DNA from: Vicugna vicugna
Taxonomy: Eukaryota
Assembly (NCBI GenBank): GCA_013265495.1
Contig: MU058418.1
Coordinates: 744,001-808,000 of the forward strand
Direction of reading: 5' to 3'
DNA length: 64,000 bases
The first letter of the stretch is position 1, and the number at the start of each line of letters is the position of its first letter. The notes under the pieces are model-generated. The model saw only the letters and a list, made by a program, of their open reading frames with translations. It searched no databases and was not told the origin of the DNA. This document shows positions 51,801 through 63,605 of the stretch, one piece after another. The translations under genes were made by a program, and so were the position numbers.

Positions 51801-54800
51801 AGAAGTATAATTCCAGTTATTTAAACCTATAAGTCTTACTGCTTCATCATCTTTGTTCTGTTTTTCATCTTGCTCTCTATCAGAGTCTCTGTCACTACCA
51901 TCATCTTTTTCACTTTGAGAGTCTCTATTGGCTTCTTCTTCCTCAGAGTCACTGCCTTTGTCAGAAACTTCTTCTTCATCTTCCTTTACAGCAGCTTCCT
52001 AAAAAGAAAAAGTAACCACAAAAAGTTCTGAACATCTCAATGACTGTATCATTCTGAGTCTCTGAAACTGTCATTATAATTAAGCTGGCTCAAGATTACA
52101 ATTTCACTATTCATATAGAATCTTAAGAGAATTATAAACATTCTTATGTATAAATATGTGGGAGTCAGGCTAAAGATGTTTAACATTTGGTTTATTTGTC
52201 TACAGTCAGTTACTTTATTCATTCTTCATAGCTGGTAAGACTAAAATATTTTATTTCTACTTGGAAAATATACTATAACAACGGAGATGGCTCATCTTTA
52301 AAACATCAATTACACATATTTTATTTGAAGATGAAAAACGAGAAGTTTATAGAAAAGTACTGCTTTGGGAGTTTAATATTATCTTTGATAACTGACAGGA
52401 GCATAATGCAGTAAGGAAAGCCAATGTCTCAGCAAAACACTTACTAGTCCATTTCAAAAAGCAAGAAAAAGAACAGCAAATTAAATGCAAAGAAAGCAGA
52501 AGTAAATAATACAGACCAGAAATCAATTAAAAAGAAAGCAGATATGCAAAAAGGAAACCTCAATAAAACCAAACATTGGTTCTTTTTGCTCTTTTTAAAG
52601 AGTAATAAAATTGATAAATTTTATTAGGCAAGACTAATCAAAGAAAAAAGAGACAATACAAATTACCAACATTAAGAATAAAAGAGACATAACTACAGAT
52701 CTGAGAGACATTAAAAATAAAGATTATGAAAAATGGCAATAAATTGGATAACTTAAGGGAAATAGATAAATTGTGAGAAACACAATTTACTAAAACTAAC
52801 ACAAGAAAAAAGTTGAACATGTTAAAGAAATGGACTCTAAATCCTTTTTTAAAACTCCAAGCCCAGATGGCTTCTCTAGATAATTCTTCCAAATAAGAAA
52901 CAAATCCAATCTTATACACTCTTTCAGGAAGAAGAAAGAATAATTCCTAACTTGTATAACGAGGCCAGCAGAAACCTGATCCAAAACCTAGAAAGGCTAT
53001 TACAAGAAAGGAGAATGACAAACCAATATTCTCTCATATAAATAGATGCAGGAATCCTAAACCAAAATATAAAATCCAGATAACTATTTTTAAAATACTG
53101 TTATGACCAAATGAGGTTTGTTCCAGGAATACAAGAATAGTTTAAAATTTAACTCATCAGTATAATTAACCACATTAACAAAAGGAGAAAAATCACACAA
53201 TCATCTCAATAGATGGAGAAAAAGTATTTAATAAAATTAGGCATCTGCTAATGATAAAAATCCAAACTGGGAATAGAGGAAACAAGTCCTTAACCAGATA
53301 AAGAACATTTACAAAAACTAACATCACACTTAGTGGTGACATAATGTTTGCTATATCCATGAGATCAGCAAGAAGACAAGGGTGAATGCCATCTTCTAAT
53401 CAACTTTACACTGAAAGTTCTAGACAGTACAGTAAGGTAGAAAGGAAGAAAGAGCACAAAGATTAAAAATAAAAAAGTAAAGCTGCCTTTATTCCCAGAT
53501 GGCATGATTATTTATGCAGAGAATCTTTTTTTTTTTAATATCTACAAATGGTTAGAATTACTGTCAATTCATCAAGGCTTCCTGATGCAAGGTCAGTATT
53601 TAGAAGGCAACTATATTTCTATACACCAGCAATAAACACTGAAGAACAAATTTTTCTTTAAATGTTATTTACAATAGCACCAGAAAGCATCAAATACACA
53701 GGACTAAATCTAATGGAAGATGTGTCATATCCTCTGCCAATGGAAATCACAAAACACTGCTGAGAAGAAGTAAGAAAGATCCAAATTAATAAAGATAAAT
53801 CATAATCATGAATAAAAAGAGTCAGTACTGTTAACAAGTGAATTCCTCCCATATTGAATCATAGATTAAACACAATACCAATCTAAATTCCATCAGTTTT
53901 TGAGTGGAAATTGTCAAGCTTATTCTAAAATTTTAGCTGGAAATGCAAAGGACCTAAAATAGTCAAGACAATTTTCAAGATGTTAAATAAAGAGTTTGAG
54001 GACTTAACACTACCATATTTTAAGACTTCAAGCCTCAATAACTAAGAAAGTGTGGTATTGGCACAAGAAGAGACAAATAATCACTGGAATGGACCAGAGA
54101 GTCCATAAACAGATCTGCACATGCACAGTTATGGTAATTTGTCTTACAACAAATCGCTATTGCAGTTCAGAGAGGAAAAAATGATCTTTTCAATAAACGG
54201 TGCTAAAATAAGTGGTCCATAATATCATCTCACACTTTTCACAAAAATTTAAGATGTATCACAGAGCTAAATATAACCAGCAAACTAATAAAACTTACAG
54301 AAGAAAACAGAAATATCTGTGTCCTTGTGATAAGCAGAAATCTCAAATAGGACATGAAAGCACTAACCATAAAAGACTGATGAACTAGACTTTATTAAAA
54401 TTAAGAATCATCAAATGTTCCATTAAGAGAGTAAAAAGGGACTCAAATCCAGAATATATAAAGGAATGCTACAAATCTGTAAGACAGACAAAAATAAAAG
54501 CGGAAATCCAAATGGCCAGTATGCATATGAAAAGGTGCTCAATATCATTAGTCACCAGGTAGACACAAATAAAACCATATACAGAGACACCACCATAGAT
54601 CTATCACAGTGGCTAAAATAAAAAAGATTGATAAAACCAAGTACTGGTGGGGACGTGGAACAACATGACTCATATTTTGCTGGTCAGCGCATAAAATGGT
54701 ACAACTTTAGAAAATGGGCTCTTTCAACAAGTTAACATATACCTATTTTATGACCCAGCAATTCCACTGCTAAGTACATACCCAAGAAAAAATGAATGTC

Positions 54801-57800
54801 CACAAAATGACATGTTCAAAAATAAGTATAACACCTTTATTCATAATAGGCAAAAAGCAGAAAACCCGTATGTCCACCAATCACAGAACAGATAGATAAA
54901 CTGTGGATTACCCTACCCCGCCCCACACACACCTGCTGCTATATACAACACAGAATAATGTTATGGGCATAATGTTGAATGAAAGCAGCCGAACATAACT
55001 CCACTTAAATGAAGTTTAAGAATATGCAAAACTAACCTATGGTAATAATAGTCAGAATAATAGGAAAGGCTCTGGAGGTGGATGGAGGGGTCACTGACTG
55101 AGAAGGGCACAAGGGAGCATTCTAGGGTGCTGGTAAGGTTTTATATCTTGATCTGGGTATCATGGGTACATACATTTGTAAACCTCCAGGAGCTGTACAC
55201 TTAATATTTGAACACTTTAGTGTATGTCAGACCTCAATAAAGATAAATAATAACAATAATCTTTACATAAGATAATAAACTTACACTCCCGACGACTCCA
55301 TTTGCCTGCTTTTGTTTCTGCTGCTTTGGTTGTGATAAGGGCACAGGTGTAGGTTTTTTTTTTAATGGTTTCTTTTTTTTTGATTTAGCAGCTTTCTTGG
55401 GTCCTTTACTCTTCTGTTGCCATCCTCCTTTTGTCCTGTTCTTGTTAATATCACTCTGCTATAAACCACAACACACATAAACACTCAGAAGTTTAGCAAA
55501 AGTTTCATTTGGGAGTCACAGTAATTTTAAGATGAAAACAACTAAATTAAATGTTCTCCTAAAGTGAATTACTCTTCCACAGCAATATAAATCAATCAGA
55601 GAACTAAACAAAACAGTTCTTTAACCAGAAAAGATAGAAAGAAAGCTCAAGTTTTTACCCCATCTTCTGCTGGTTGTTCCTCTGCAGCACAGATAGACTG
55701 CTCCTTTTCAAATACTTCCTAGAGGTAGCAAGAAGAAGAAGATAAAGTCTGTCAACCTATATTTATCTTTCAGATAAACAAAGTAAACTTTCAATATATA
55801 TTATCAATTGAGTTTTCTGACTGCTGACAACTGCAGGGAGTGGGGATGACATGGATAGACAGGAGACTTTTAGCAATTACTAAATGATGTATGTGTGCAA
55901 ATTTAGCAACCACTAAATCTTTAGAAGTTACCTTCTGAAATATCTCACATCTGCCTAAATATATTTTGAAAAGTACAGTCTATCTAAATTATAAATGCAA
56001 TGACTTAAAATATGGAAACTCATTATAAAGTCATAGTCTTATTTCAGTTTAAAGTCTTACTCTTACTCTAATAATAATCAGGTATGACTGTTTTATTTAT
56101 GAGAATTTGAATATATGACATTATTCTCTAACATTAAAACTTCACGAGACCAATATTAGTTTATTTATGATTGCAAGTGATATTGCTGATAGAATGAAGT
56201 GATATAAACTTAAATATAACCAAGAAGTGGAACACCAAGGAAATCTATATATCCTAAAGACATACCCAACCCACCAAATAATCCATTTAGAATCAGTACA
56301 AAAGCTATAAATTTAGAATTTGAAATCCAGTGAGAATTCAGTAAGAATGTGTACTAGAAGATAACAGGTAATGTGGGTTGTGTTTAATAAACTCCCTAGA
56401 ATTATTAAAGCTACCAACTAAAAGCAAGGGTAACTATTGGGCTCTAAACTGCCGGCCTAATGCAGGGGCCAGCAAACTATGGCCCACTGCCTGCTTTTTA
56501 AACAAAGTTTTATGAGAAAACTGTCATATCCATCTGTGAATTCTGCAGTTGCTGCAGAGACTGTATGGCCTATAAACCCGAAAATATTTACTAACTGGGC
56601 CTTTATACAGAAAACATCTGCTGACTCCTAATCTAATTCTATCATCTCCGCTTAATTTCTTCATTTATTAATTGAATTCTAATACTTAATTATACTGAGA
56701 TACAACTGATACAAGAATTGAAAGATAAATAACTGATTCTTTCCCTTCCTTCAAGGCATTTTTGCTTTTTCTTCTACCAATTACCCTAGAAGTGTCAACA
56801 GCACAAGGCCAATTTTGGGCTCATTTCTCAGGGTGGGACTTTCAAAGAATGTAAGTAGTGTAAATTTGGATTCTAAACCCAACCCTGGCCACTGGCTTAG
56901 AGTCTACTCTTCTCCCAGGAGGCATCTCCTATCCAGAGTCCATGATACAAATGCTTCCTTACCACTTGCTACCATAAAATCAACATCTTTAATTTGATAT
57001 ATCCTATTACAAAAATATGCTTTTCTTACCAGAGGTTTTAGAAACGGGTTTTAAATGCAGCAATGTTTCCTGCAGATGCCCACAGATCCCAGAGTAGCAC
57101 AGGCTAAAATCTATCACTAGCTAAATAAAGCTGAGTTGAAATACTACAGTTTATTAAAAATGAGTTACAACTACAGTTGTAAACTGGGAAGTACAGTTGG
57201 CTTGGAAGGTAAGAGAAATTCTCAACAATAATCAATAATTAACCTCTGTATAGCACTTTACAGTTTAAGAATGACACTCACATTACCTTGTTATTATGTT
57301 TTATAGGAAATTAACAAATCACCACATGAAGAATTAATCTATTTTTCCAACTTTGTGTGTGCAAACAATAAAAATCAATTTAAAATTTCAAAATAGCAAG
57401 CAGAACTTGCAAAATTAGATTTTGCAACAATAGTTTTGACTTTAAGACTGTTTAATTTAAAATGAGAAAATATAAAAACCTTAACACATTACTTCTTCAA
57501 GCATAAAAATACAAACAAGACTACTTACTGCCATTGTTTGTCTTGTCAATTTAACCAACACTGTAACTAAGGATCCTACTGTGATGTTGTTGCTATCTTC
57601 ATCATCCAAAACTATAGGATAAAAGAAAACAGTAAGAGTAGAATATAAAAATCAAGCTCTATGTTAAGGCAAACAGCAAAACTTAACTTACCCAAACCAG
57701 TTGGGTACTTCAGTATCTGAAACATACAGAATTTTAAACCTACTGAGTAAAAAATAATTTACTGACTATCTGCTAGGTATAAAGCTCTCCAGTAGATGTC

Positions 57801-60800
57801 TTTAAAAATGCACTCATTTAATCCTTAAATTAGCTCTATGAAGCATTATTATTATTATTTCCACCTTAAAGAAGAAACTGGGGTTCAGAAAAAAAGTAAA
57901 ATGCCCAAGGTCATATATGGCTATACTGGCACTGCCAAGTTTCAAACCCAGGTCTTTTAAAACAGTATAAAGTGAGGACTACCATACCACAGCTTTCTCT
58001 CACAGTGATACAAAAATAGGGTTCTGACACTTAAATTGTGTAAACCTTATATGCAAAAGATTTTTCCTGTATGATAAATGCCTGCCTATCAGAAAAAAAT
58101 AATTAAAACTAGTATTCTAAGCAACATTAAAGATATTTATTTTTTAAGGTAAGAACTTCAAAATACTGTTTCTATTAAAAAGCACCTTAAAAATATTTTT
58201 TGTAAAAAACCACATTTGCCACACACATCCCCAAAAGTCTAGTAATAAAACAAACTTAACTACAGCCCCTTTAAAGACAGAAACCATTCCGAATACATCC
58301 TTGTATTCCTGGTCCCACAAGAATGTTCTCACAACAGCAATTTAGTAAATGTCAAAGCTCAGAACAATGTCACAGTGAAGAAATGGAGCAGATAATCTCT
58401 AATTCTGTCACTATTCTAAGATATTATATTTAGCTATAATAACTCCAAGCACACATAAAGATAGAGAAAAACACACAAAATGTGGCACAGAGCATGATCA
58501 TTTTCAAGGCTTAATATAAATAGGTTTTTAAAAATTAATTTTAGAACTAAGCAGGGTTTTTACACTAACAATAGGTATATTTCAAATATCTTTCATTCCA
58601 TTTGGATATCTCTTTCATTGAAAAGTTAACATCTTCCTGAAAGTTGAACTACAGAAGAGTCCGCAAACCTAATCTTGCTATGAGAATAGTAAGAGTGGGG
58701 TTTTCAAAACTACATCATTTTCCACTACAGCAAATCTGACGGGTAAACTACAGTTCTGCAAAGTCTAATTACAAGTTATGCTATTAAATGAAGTATTTTG
58801 AGAACCTTGAGCCAAATAAACAAGAGCCAATCTATCAAAAGGGAAGCAACAGGAAACTTCCCGCTTACCCTGTGATTTTATGTCCATAGTCACATATGGG
58901 AAACTCCCAAGAACAGCCATAACCTCTTCATATTTTTCATCTTCAAGGAAGTGCAATAAATTGTGACGATCTGATTCTTTTAAACTCACTAAGTCCTGGA
59001 TAGTCTTAATTTTGTACTAAATTTAAAAAAAGAGAGAAAATAAATCCAAAAGTCATAAAACTTTTCATAAAAGGAAAATTCTTGGCATGTTTACTAAAAC
59101 AAAGTCCAACAACTTTTAGAAAATTGTTAACATTATATAAATTTCAAAGGAGGAAATACTTACTGTATTTCATGGCCTTTTTCTCCAAGGAAATTTAAAT
59201 TTGTGATTTTTTTTTTAATTAAAAAGTTAACACAATTTTTTTAATTAGAAAAAAATAAAGTTAGAGGGAAAAATATAACATTCTTAGAGACTCTTGACCC
59301 AAGTAAGAACTACTGTCATTTATTTGCTCAGTTTGCACACCTTTATTTTTAATTTTAATGGTATAAACCTTTAAGAGTATGAATTAATCACCCAAGTACA
59401 GCTGCATGCACCCTTAAGGTTTTACTATGCAATATTCTCATTTGTGTTATTTTCTAAATATAGCTGTTTGTTACTGCAGTAATACCTATCCTGGCTAAAT
59501 GGATACTCAAGAGAGGGTTTTTAAATTTCTGAGTATTTGGTGCTAGTTATTAACTTTTATTTTCTCAGACAGAGATTAGATCATGAGGTATATGAAATGC
59601 CTGCTTTTGAATACAGAAGTTTTCAATTATTACTTAAAATGTGATCAAATTTATAAGGGTAACACACTTACTTGAAAGGAAAAAACCTTGATGCAAATTT
59701 CTAATATACATTCATTAGTTCTACCGTAGCACTATCAAATCCAATGTCTATCTTTTGCCTACTTTGTCCATATACAAAGTAACGTTTAAAATCTTTCAAA
59801 TTACAATTTCATTCAGTTTCTTATATTTCCTCAGGTTTTTCATTTATACACATTTTTGCTGTACCCTAAGATTCATTATAATCTATATATAGATTGTATT
59901 TTCTAAAAAGAATTATCTTTTTATTTGATCTACTTATTTTTTGAATGCTTAATTTTTTCTTGTTCATACTCAACCAATAAACAATTGCCCAACCTTTAAG
60001 CCACAAATAAAATGAATGGAATTTTTGCTCAGTACTTTTATTTTTGGCAACATAAAGAACAAAGTGTTAACTACTAAAATGCACTGACCCCTGCAAAGTA
60101 ATAAAATCACTACAGTAGTAAATACTATAAAATAGCTACCCAGTCAAGAAAATCTTAACAGAGCCACATGAGGAATACTTTTATAATATTTAAAATATTA
60201 TAAATCAAAGTTCAGAGTAACCATTTCTACAAAATGTTTCATTCATGCTACCTTTAAGTGACACAAAAACCACTTAAAACTAATTTGAAAGTAGCAAAGA
60301 ATTACCTTTTTATGATTGGAAACCCTTCTAAGATTGTCCTCTTCAATGTGAGGGAGCTGTAGAAGAGGAGACTTAAACTGCTGAAGGCCTTGCACAGCCA
60401 TCTGGGAAAGCTTCATGCAGTTTTCCAGGGATGCTAAAGTTGGAGCACGAAACTCCCTTTCTTAGAAAGAACAGGAGAAAAAGCAAAAACAGGGCTGGAC
60501 TTCTTATATGTTCAGGAGTACATAATTCATCACAGAAACAAGATTTACATGAACATCCTTAATACCTCAAATTTTATGATCACAGTATTGATTTTCCTTT
60601 GAAAGTTAACTGGATAAGACACAGAAAATATACAAACTTGGTCAAATGCACATTATTCAGCAACCACCATTGACTGAATAGAAAAATTATTTGCATCAAT
60701 CAGACATTGGTATCAAGAACATACTGACACCATGCGAAAAACTGACATCATCCATAACAACAAACCACAATCACTATCTCCTTTTTTAAGGGTCTATTTC

Positions 60801-62799
60801 CATTACTGACCACAAACTCATTCATTCTTTTTCCTCTTCATGCAAAACACATTACATGTCAGATGAATCAACATTACATCAAAGAGTTATTTCAAATTCA
60901 TTGTTAAGCTATTCTAAAAATATTCAGAAGAAGGGAAAGGATATCTTAAATCTCTGCAAAAAATAAATAACAATAAACAATAAAACAGTGAAAAAGTAAA
61001 TTCAAAAGCATAATAAGTTATGACACCTTACATAATGGAAAATCCAGGAAAGAAATAAGAAAAACCATGAACAAAACTGGGAAAGCAGATTCAACTTACA
61101 GAACTATACTAAGTACCCATAAATCTTAAAACTATGACGTGTAATCTGTATATGCTTGCAAGAAGAAGTACAACATAATTATGTTTTCTCCTCACCTTCA
61201 CGGCTCCGGGCCATTATAATTAGCTGGCAGATTACATTAACCATTTCTTGAAGTAGAGCAGGGCATTTTTTCAGCATAAATTGCTGATCTGCAAAACAAT
61301 TAAAAAAAATCTGAAACAAACCATTCTTCTTTTATAGTTAAAACATCTTTAACACCTATAGTCCAAGACTAACGCTAAATTTAAGTTGTCCCACAAATTT
61401 TTCATATGACCTCAGAATTTTACAGGTTGAACACAACAGTTTCTCCTCAGTAGCACTACGTCAAAAATCAGTGAGAAAACCTTAGCTCAGATTAGATGTT
61501 TCAAGAGAAACTTTGAATATTATAGTGTCAGGCTTTATAAGTGACTCCCCCTTTTTTTTGAAAGTCTGAATCTTAAATTTAATCCTAACCTTACTAACTT
61601 AAGAACTTTAAAATTTTTCCTTTTGCAAAACTAAGCCTCTATAATTAAGGATAAATCTGAAGACTAAGACTGAGAAGAAATGTCAACTAAGTGCAGAGAA
61701 AAGACTAGGAGGAGGAAGGAGACAGGTTCTTTCATTTACACAATGCCTAAACAGTGCTCCTTCATTTCATCGTAAATAGCCCATACAGTCATTAATCACA
61801 GCATCAACTGACCTTGTTTTCAAAGGCATTTGACTGTATTATTGGCTTAAAAGGGAAGGGAGGTGGTTTGTTTCATTCAGAAAGAAAATTTATTCCCTAA
61901 GGATAGCTTTCTTCTAAAACTTTCAATTGAAATAATGCAAATGAAAAGAGATGACACTCAAATTCATGACATGCCTGGAAACACCACTGTTGCAACCCAC
62001 TGCTTTTCTTTTAAGTAGAAGTAAATCTACAAGTACTTATGAAGCTTTAAATAAAGATTAGACACTTTATTGGTAATTACTGCTTAAGTGTGGTTGTGGT
62101 AGTGGTGGTGCTGAGATAACTGTTATGAAATTCATTTTTTTCTCCCCCCAAAAAGCTTACAAAATCCTATTTTAAAAAGTCATTCAGAATTATTGTATAA
62201 TCTACAATTGACTAAACCTTTTTTATACAAAGTATTCTCTCACCTTGAAATACTACATTTGACATTTGCCCAAATTTGTGAATTTCTTAGACCTTCAAAG
62301 TATTTGTGAAGTAATTATGTATGTAGCATATAGGTTCCTTTTTTAAAGGTCCTTGAGTAATTACTTGACTGAGTAAAAAGAACAGCAACAAAAACACTGC
62401 ACCATGAGGTCTAATTAAGTCTGCTACATTTATACCACTAAAACCCTACAGATATCAGAGTCACAAATACCTTCTTCAAGGGTCTCAGGAATTTTCATTC
62501 TAGCAAGATGAGACAGTAATAGAACTCTGGCCTTCAGGCTATATGGGCAGGTAAGTGGAGGCTCATTCTTCTTTAAGTTAATGCTGCCAATTTCTCTGAT
62601 TAGCTAGAGTAAATAAAATAATTACTCAAAAAAATGTATACTTATAAAAGCATTAACTTTTAATACTTAAATGCCTTTTAAGGAACTCAGGAGACAAGCC
62701 TAACCTGAGGTATTAGAATGTTATCTGTTGGTCTGCTTGTGGCATCTTTATTATACTGAGGATCAAATTCAGAGGCTCCAGCCAAAACCATGATAAGAC
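39692..62799 (-). CDS. SEC63: SEC63 translocon component, 5'-partial spliced CDS (13 exons; Sec63/Brl domain and acidic C-terminus; TM and J-domain exons lie beyond the right edge)
   Basis: Exons read manually on the minus strand join in frame with GT-AG boundaries (95,133,93,155,148,83,60,174,159,102,99,105,144 nt; total 1550). The translation LIMVLAGASEFDPQYNKD...HPQWDTAIEGDEDQEDSEGFEDSFEEEEEEEEDDD* matches mammalian SEC63 as I recall it. Confidence 0.98.
40812..40916 (-). CDS. SEC63: SEC63 exon 20 (105 nt): VELKFPAPGKPGNYQYTVFLRSDSYMGLDQIKPLK
   Basis: Acceptor ttctag|GTAGAA, donor GAAG|gtaaga. Confidence 0.97.
41343..42265 (+). mobile_element. MER21-family LTR in SEC63 intron 19
   Basis: cacagagctcctcaaaaccc, cccttggaatttcctg, tgtgagccattctagcaaattattgaacccaaggag. 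Confidence 0.8.
42680..44350 (+). mobile_element. Old L1 (L1MC/ME) 3' fragments
   Basis: tttgcaacacacatcaca, aaatgggcaa, tgatccttgactggac, tatcaatgttaaatttcc, gcagtatctatcaaaattacaaatg. Confidence 0.7.
45094..45192 (-). CDS. SEC63: SEC63 exon 19 (99 nt): EKQEWWWLYIADRKEQTLISMPYHVCTLKDTEE
   Basis: Acceptor gtgcag|GAAAAA, donor AGAG|gtaatt. Confidence 0.97.
45229..45328 (+). mobile_element. Very short lineage-specific L1 3' terminus
   Basis: tgtacaccagaaattaac...actgtacttcaattA(n) matches the end of the L1 at 28196-28508. Confidence 0.8.
45369..45671 (+). mobile_element. MER2 (Tigger-family MITE)
   Basis: ta|cagt...gatgctcaagtcccttatataaaatgg...actg|ta. Confidence 0.85.
46107..46275 (-). mobile_element. 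tRNA-derived SINE (camelid Vic-1-like), SEC63 intron 18
   Basis: ctggggattgaacccaggacctcgtgcatgctagg...ctctaccactgagctataccttcccc. Confidence 0.88.
47027..47186 (+). mobile_element. Short MER2-like MITE
   Basis: cagttgtacctcagtatccacaggggactggttccaggac...ggatgctcaagtcccttatataaaatg. Confidence 0.8.
47190..47366 (+). mobile_element. MER58A-like hAT element
   Basis: gctttgcaggcca...tgtgttccaataaaactt...tttacaaaaacaggc. Confidence 0.75.
47535..48215 (+). mobile_element. L1MA-type 3' end, next to a MIR remnant
   Basis: ccatatgattcagcaatt, atggaatattactcagtcataaaaaagaatga, tacacctgaaactaac. Confidence 0.88.
50012..50113 (-). CDS. SEC63: SEC63 exon 18 (102 nt): EWQELQQSIQRKERALLETKSKITHPVYSLYFPE
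   Basis: Acceptor ttactag|GAGTGG, donor GGAG|gtgagt. Confidence 0.97.
50230..50765 (+). mobile_element. L2 fragment
   Basis: aaatctgatcatttccctgctcaaaac, ggcaaattcctactcat, aagggcagaaactat. Confidence 0.7.
51840..51998 (-). CDS. SEC63: SEC63 exon 17 (159 nt), acidic: EAAVKEDEEEVSDKGSDSEEEEANRDSQSEKDDGSDRDSDREQDEKQNKDDEA
   Basis: Acceptor ttttag|GAAGCT, donor AGCA|gtaaga. Confidence 0.97.
52450..55245 (+). mobile_element. ~2.8-kb decayed L1 (ORF2 and 3' UTR, L1M-type) filling most of SEC63 intron 16, antisense to the gene
   Basis: Colinear ORF2 motifs (gcccagatggcttc, atcatctcaatagat, gtgtggtattggcac, tttatgacccagcaattccact) ending at ctcaataaa. Confidence 0.9.
55285..55458 (-). CDS. SEC63: SEC63 exon 16 (174 nt), Lys-rich: QSDINKNRTKGGWQQKSKGPKKAAKSKKKKPLKKKPTPVPLSQPKQQKQKQANGVVGS
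   Basis: Acceptor ttatag|CAGAGT, donor GAGT|gtaagt. Confidence 0.96.
55659..55718 (-). CDS. SEC63: SEC63 exon 15 (60 nt): EVFEKEQSICAAEEQPAEDG
   Basis: Acceptor ctctag|GAAGTA, donor TGGG|gtaaaa. Confidence 0.96.
56463..56630 (-). mobile_element. MER58A-like hAT element
   Basis: caggggccagcaaactatggccc...aaaatatttacta..tgggccttta. Confidence 0.8.
57529..57611 (-). CDS. SEC63: SEC63 exon 14 (83 nt): VLDDEDSNNITVGSLVTVLVKLTRQTMA
   Basis: Acceptor cctatag|TTTTGG, donor GGCA|gtaagt. Confidence 0.97.
57760..57990 (-). mobile_element. MIR SINE
   Basis: ctcatttaatcct...gaaactggggttcaga...tgcccaaggtcat...ttcaaacccaggtct. Confidence 0.8.
58869..59016 (-). CDS. SEC63: SEC63 exon 13 (148 nt): YKIKTIQDLVSLKESDRHNLLHFLEDEKYEEVMAVLGSFPYVTMDIKSQ
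   Basis: Acceptor aatttag|TACAAA, donor CAGG|gtaagc; overlaps ORF-track entry 58765..58989. Confidence 0.97.
60306..60460 (-). CDS. SEC63: SEC63 exon 12 (155 nt): EREFRAPTLASLENCMKLSQMAVQGLQQFKSPLLQLPHIEEDNLRRVSNHKK
   Basis: Acceptor tttctaag|AAAGG, donor AAAG|gtaatt. Confidence 0.97.
61196..61288 (-). CDS. SEC63: SEC63 exon 11 (93 nt): DQQFMLKKCPALLQEMVNVICQLIIMARSRE
   Basis: Acceptor ttttgcag|ATCAG, donor GAAG|gtgagg. Confidence 0.97.
62471..62603 (-). CDS. SEC63: SEC63 exon 10 (133 nt): LIREIGSINLKKNEPPLTCPYSLKARVLLLSHLARMKIPETLEE
   Basis: Acceptor ctctag|CTAATC, donor GAAG|gtattt; 101-nt intron to exon 9. Confidence 0.97.
62705..62799 (-). CDS. SEC63: SEC63 exon 9 (95 nt): (R)LIMVLAGASEFDPQYNKDATSRPTDNILIPQ
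   Basis: Acceptor ttcttag|GTCTT, donor CCTCAG|gttagg; translation recognised. Confidence 0.96.
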
Positions 62800-63454
62800 C
62801 TAAGAAAACAAAAGAAATACGAAGATAAATAAATTCACTCATCTATTAATTCTCCACATAAAACTTGATTAATCCTAGAGTGGGGAAGTTTTCTAATCAC
62901 TCACAATGCTAAAATCACCTAACTCTACTACTAACAAGTATTAATTTCTCCCATAACAAAAGAAACATCTCACTTTTTAAAATGTATGCAACATTACCTA
63001 CCACAAGTGAAAAGAAATATACATCAAATTAAGGGCCCTGAAGCAAGTAGATGCATTAAAACCACTACAAATAGCATCTATTTCTAGACCTAAGCATGTG
63101 TTCCACAGAAACTTTGTACATAGCACTAAGTATTCGATGTGACATTACTAAATGCTTTGTGGAAAAGGGGGGCTCTCTATGGTTAAATAAAGCTGAAAAA
63201 TAAGAGTTACAAAGAGTTCCAGGTTTCTTCACTTCATGACTCCTCAGAGCCTTGAGTAAACTAAAATACACTGCAATTTACAGAAATTTTTATTATGGAA
63301 CCCTAGAGGGTTTTGTAGGAATACTGCTCCTTGAAATACACATGATTTGCAGTCACATATATTAGCATTACTCTCTTTAGCCTGCACAAGCTCTTTAATG
63401 ACTGGAATTATAGTCATCAATCTCAATTTACAGCAGAAAATACATGCAATGTCC

Positions 63455-63605
63455 TCAGTACAGAGGTTAAGTGTGTAGAGCCTGGTGCTTTCACTTTCTA
63501 GTTGAGTGGCCTAGGACAATATTCTTCACCTCTCTATGGGCCTCAGTTTCTTCAAATGTGCCTGACACACAGTCAGCATAGTAATATGTGTGAGCTATTA
63601 GTATT
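63455..63605 (+). mobile_element. MIR fragment
   Basis: cttcacctctctatgggcctcagtttcttc...tgcctgacacacagt. Confidence 0.65.

Noticed and set aside
58765..58989. 74-aa ORF as a standalone gene
   Set aside because: It is SEC63 exon 13 read through into the intron.
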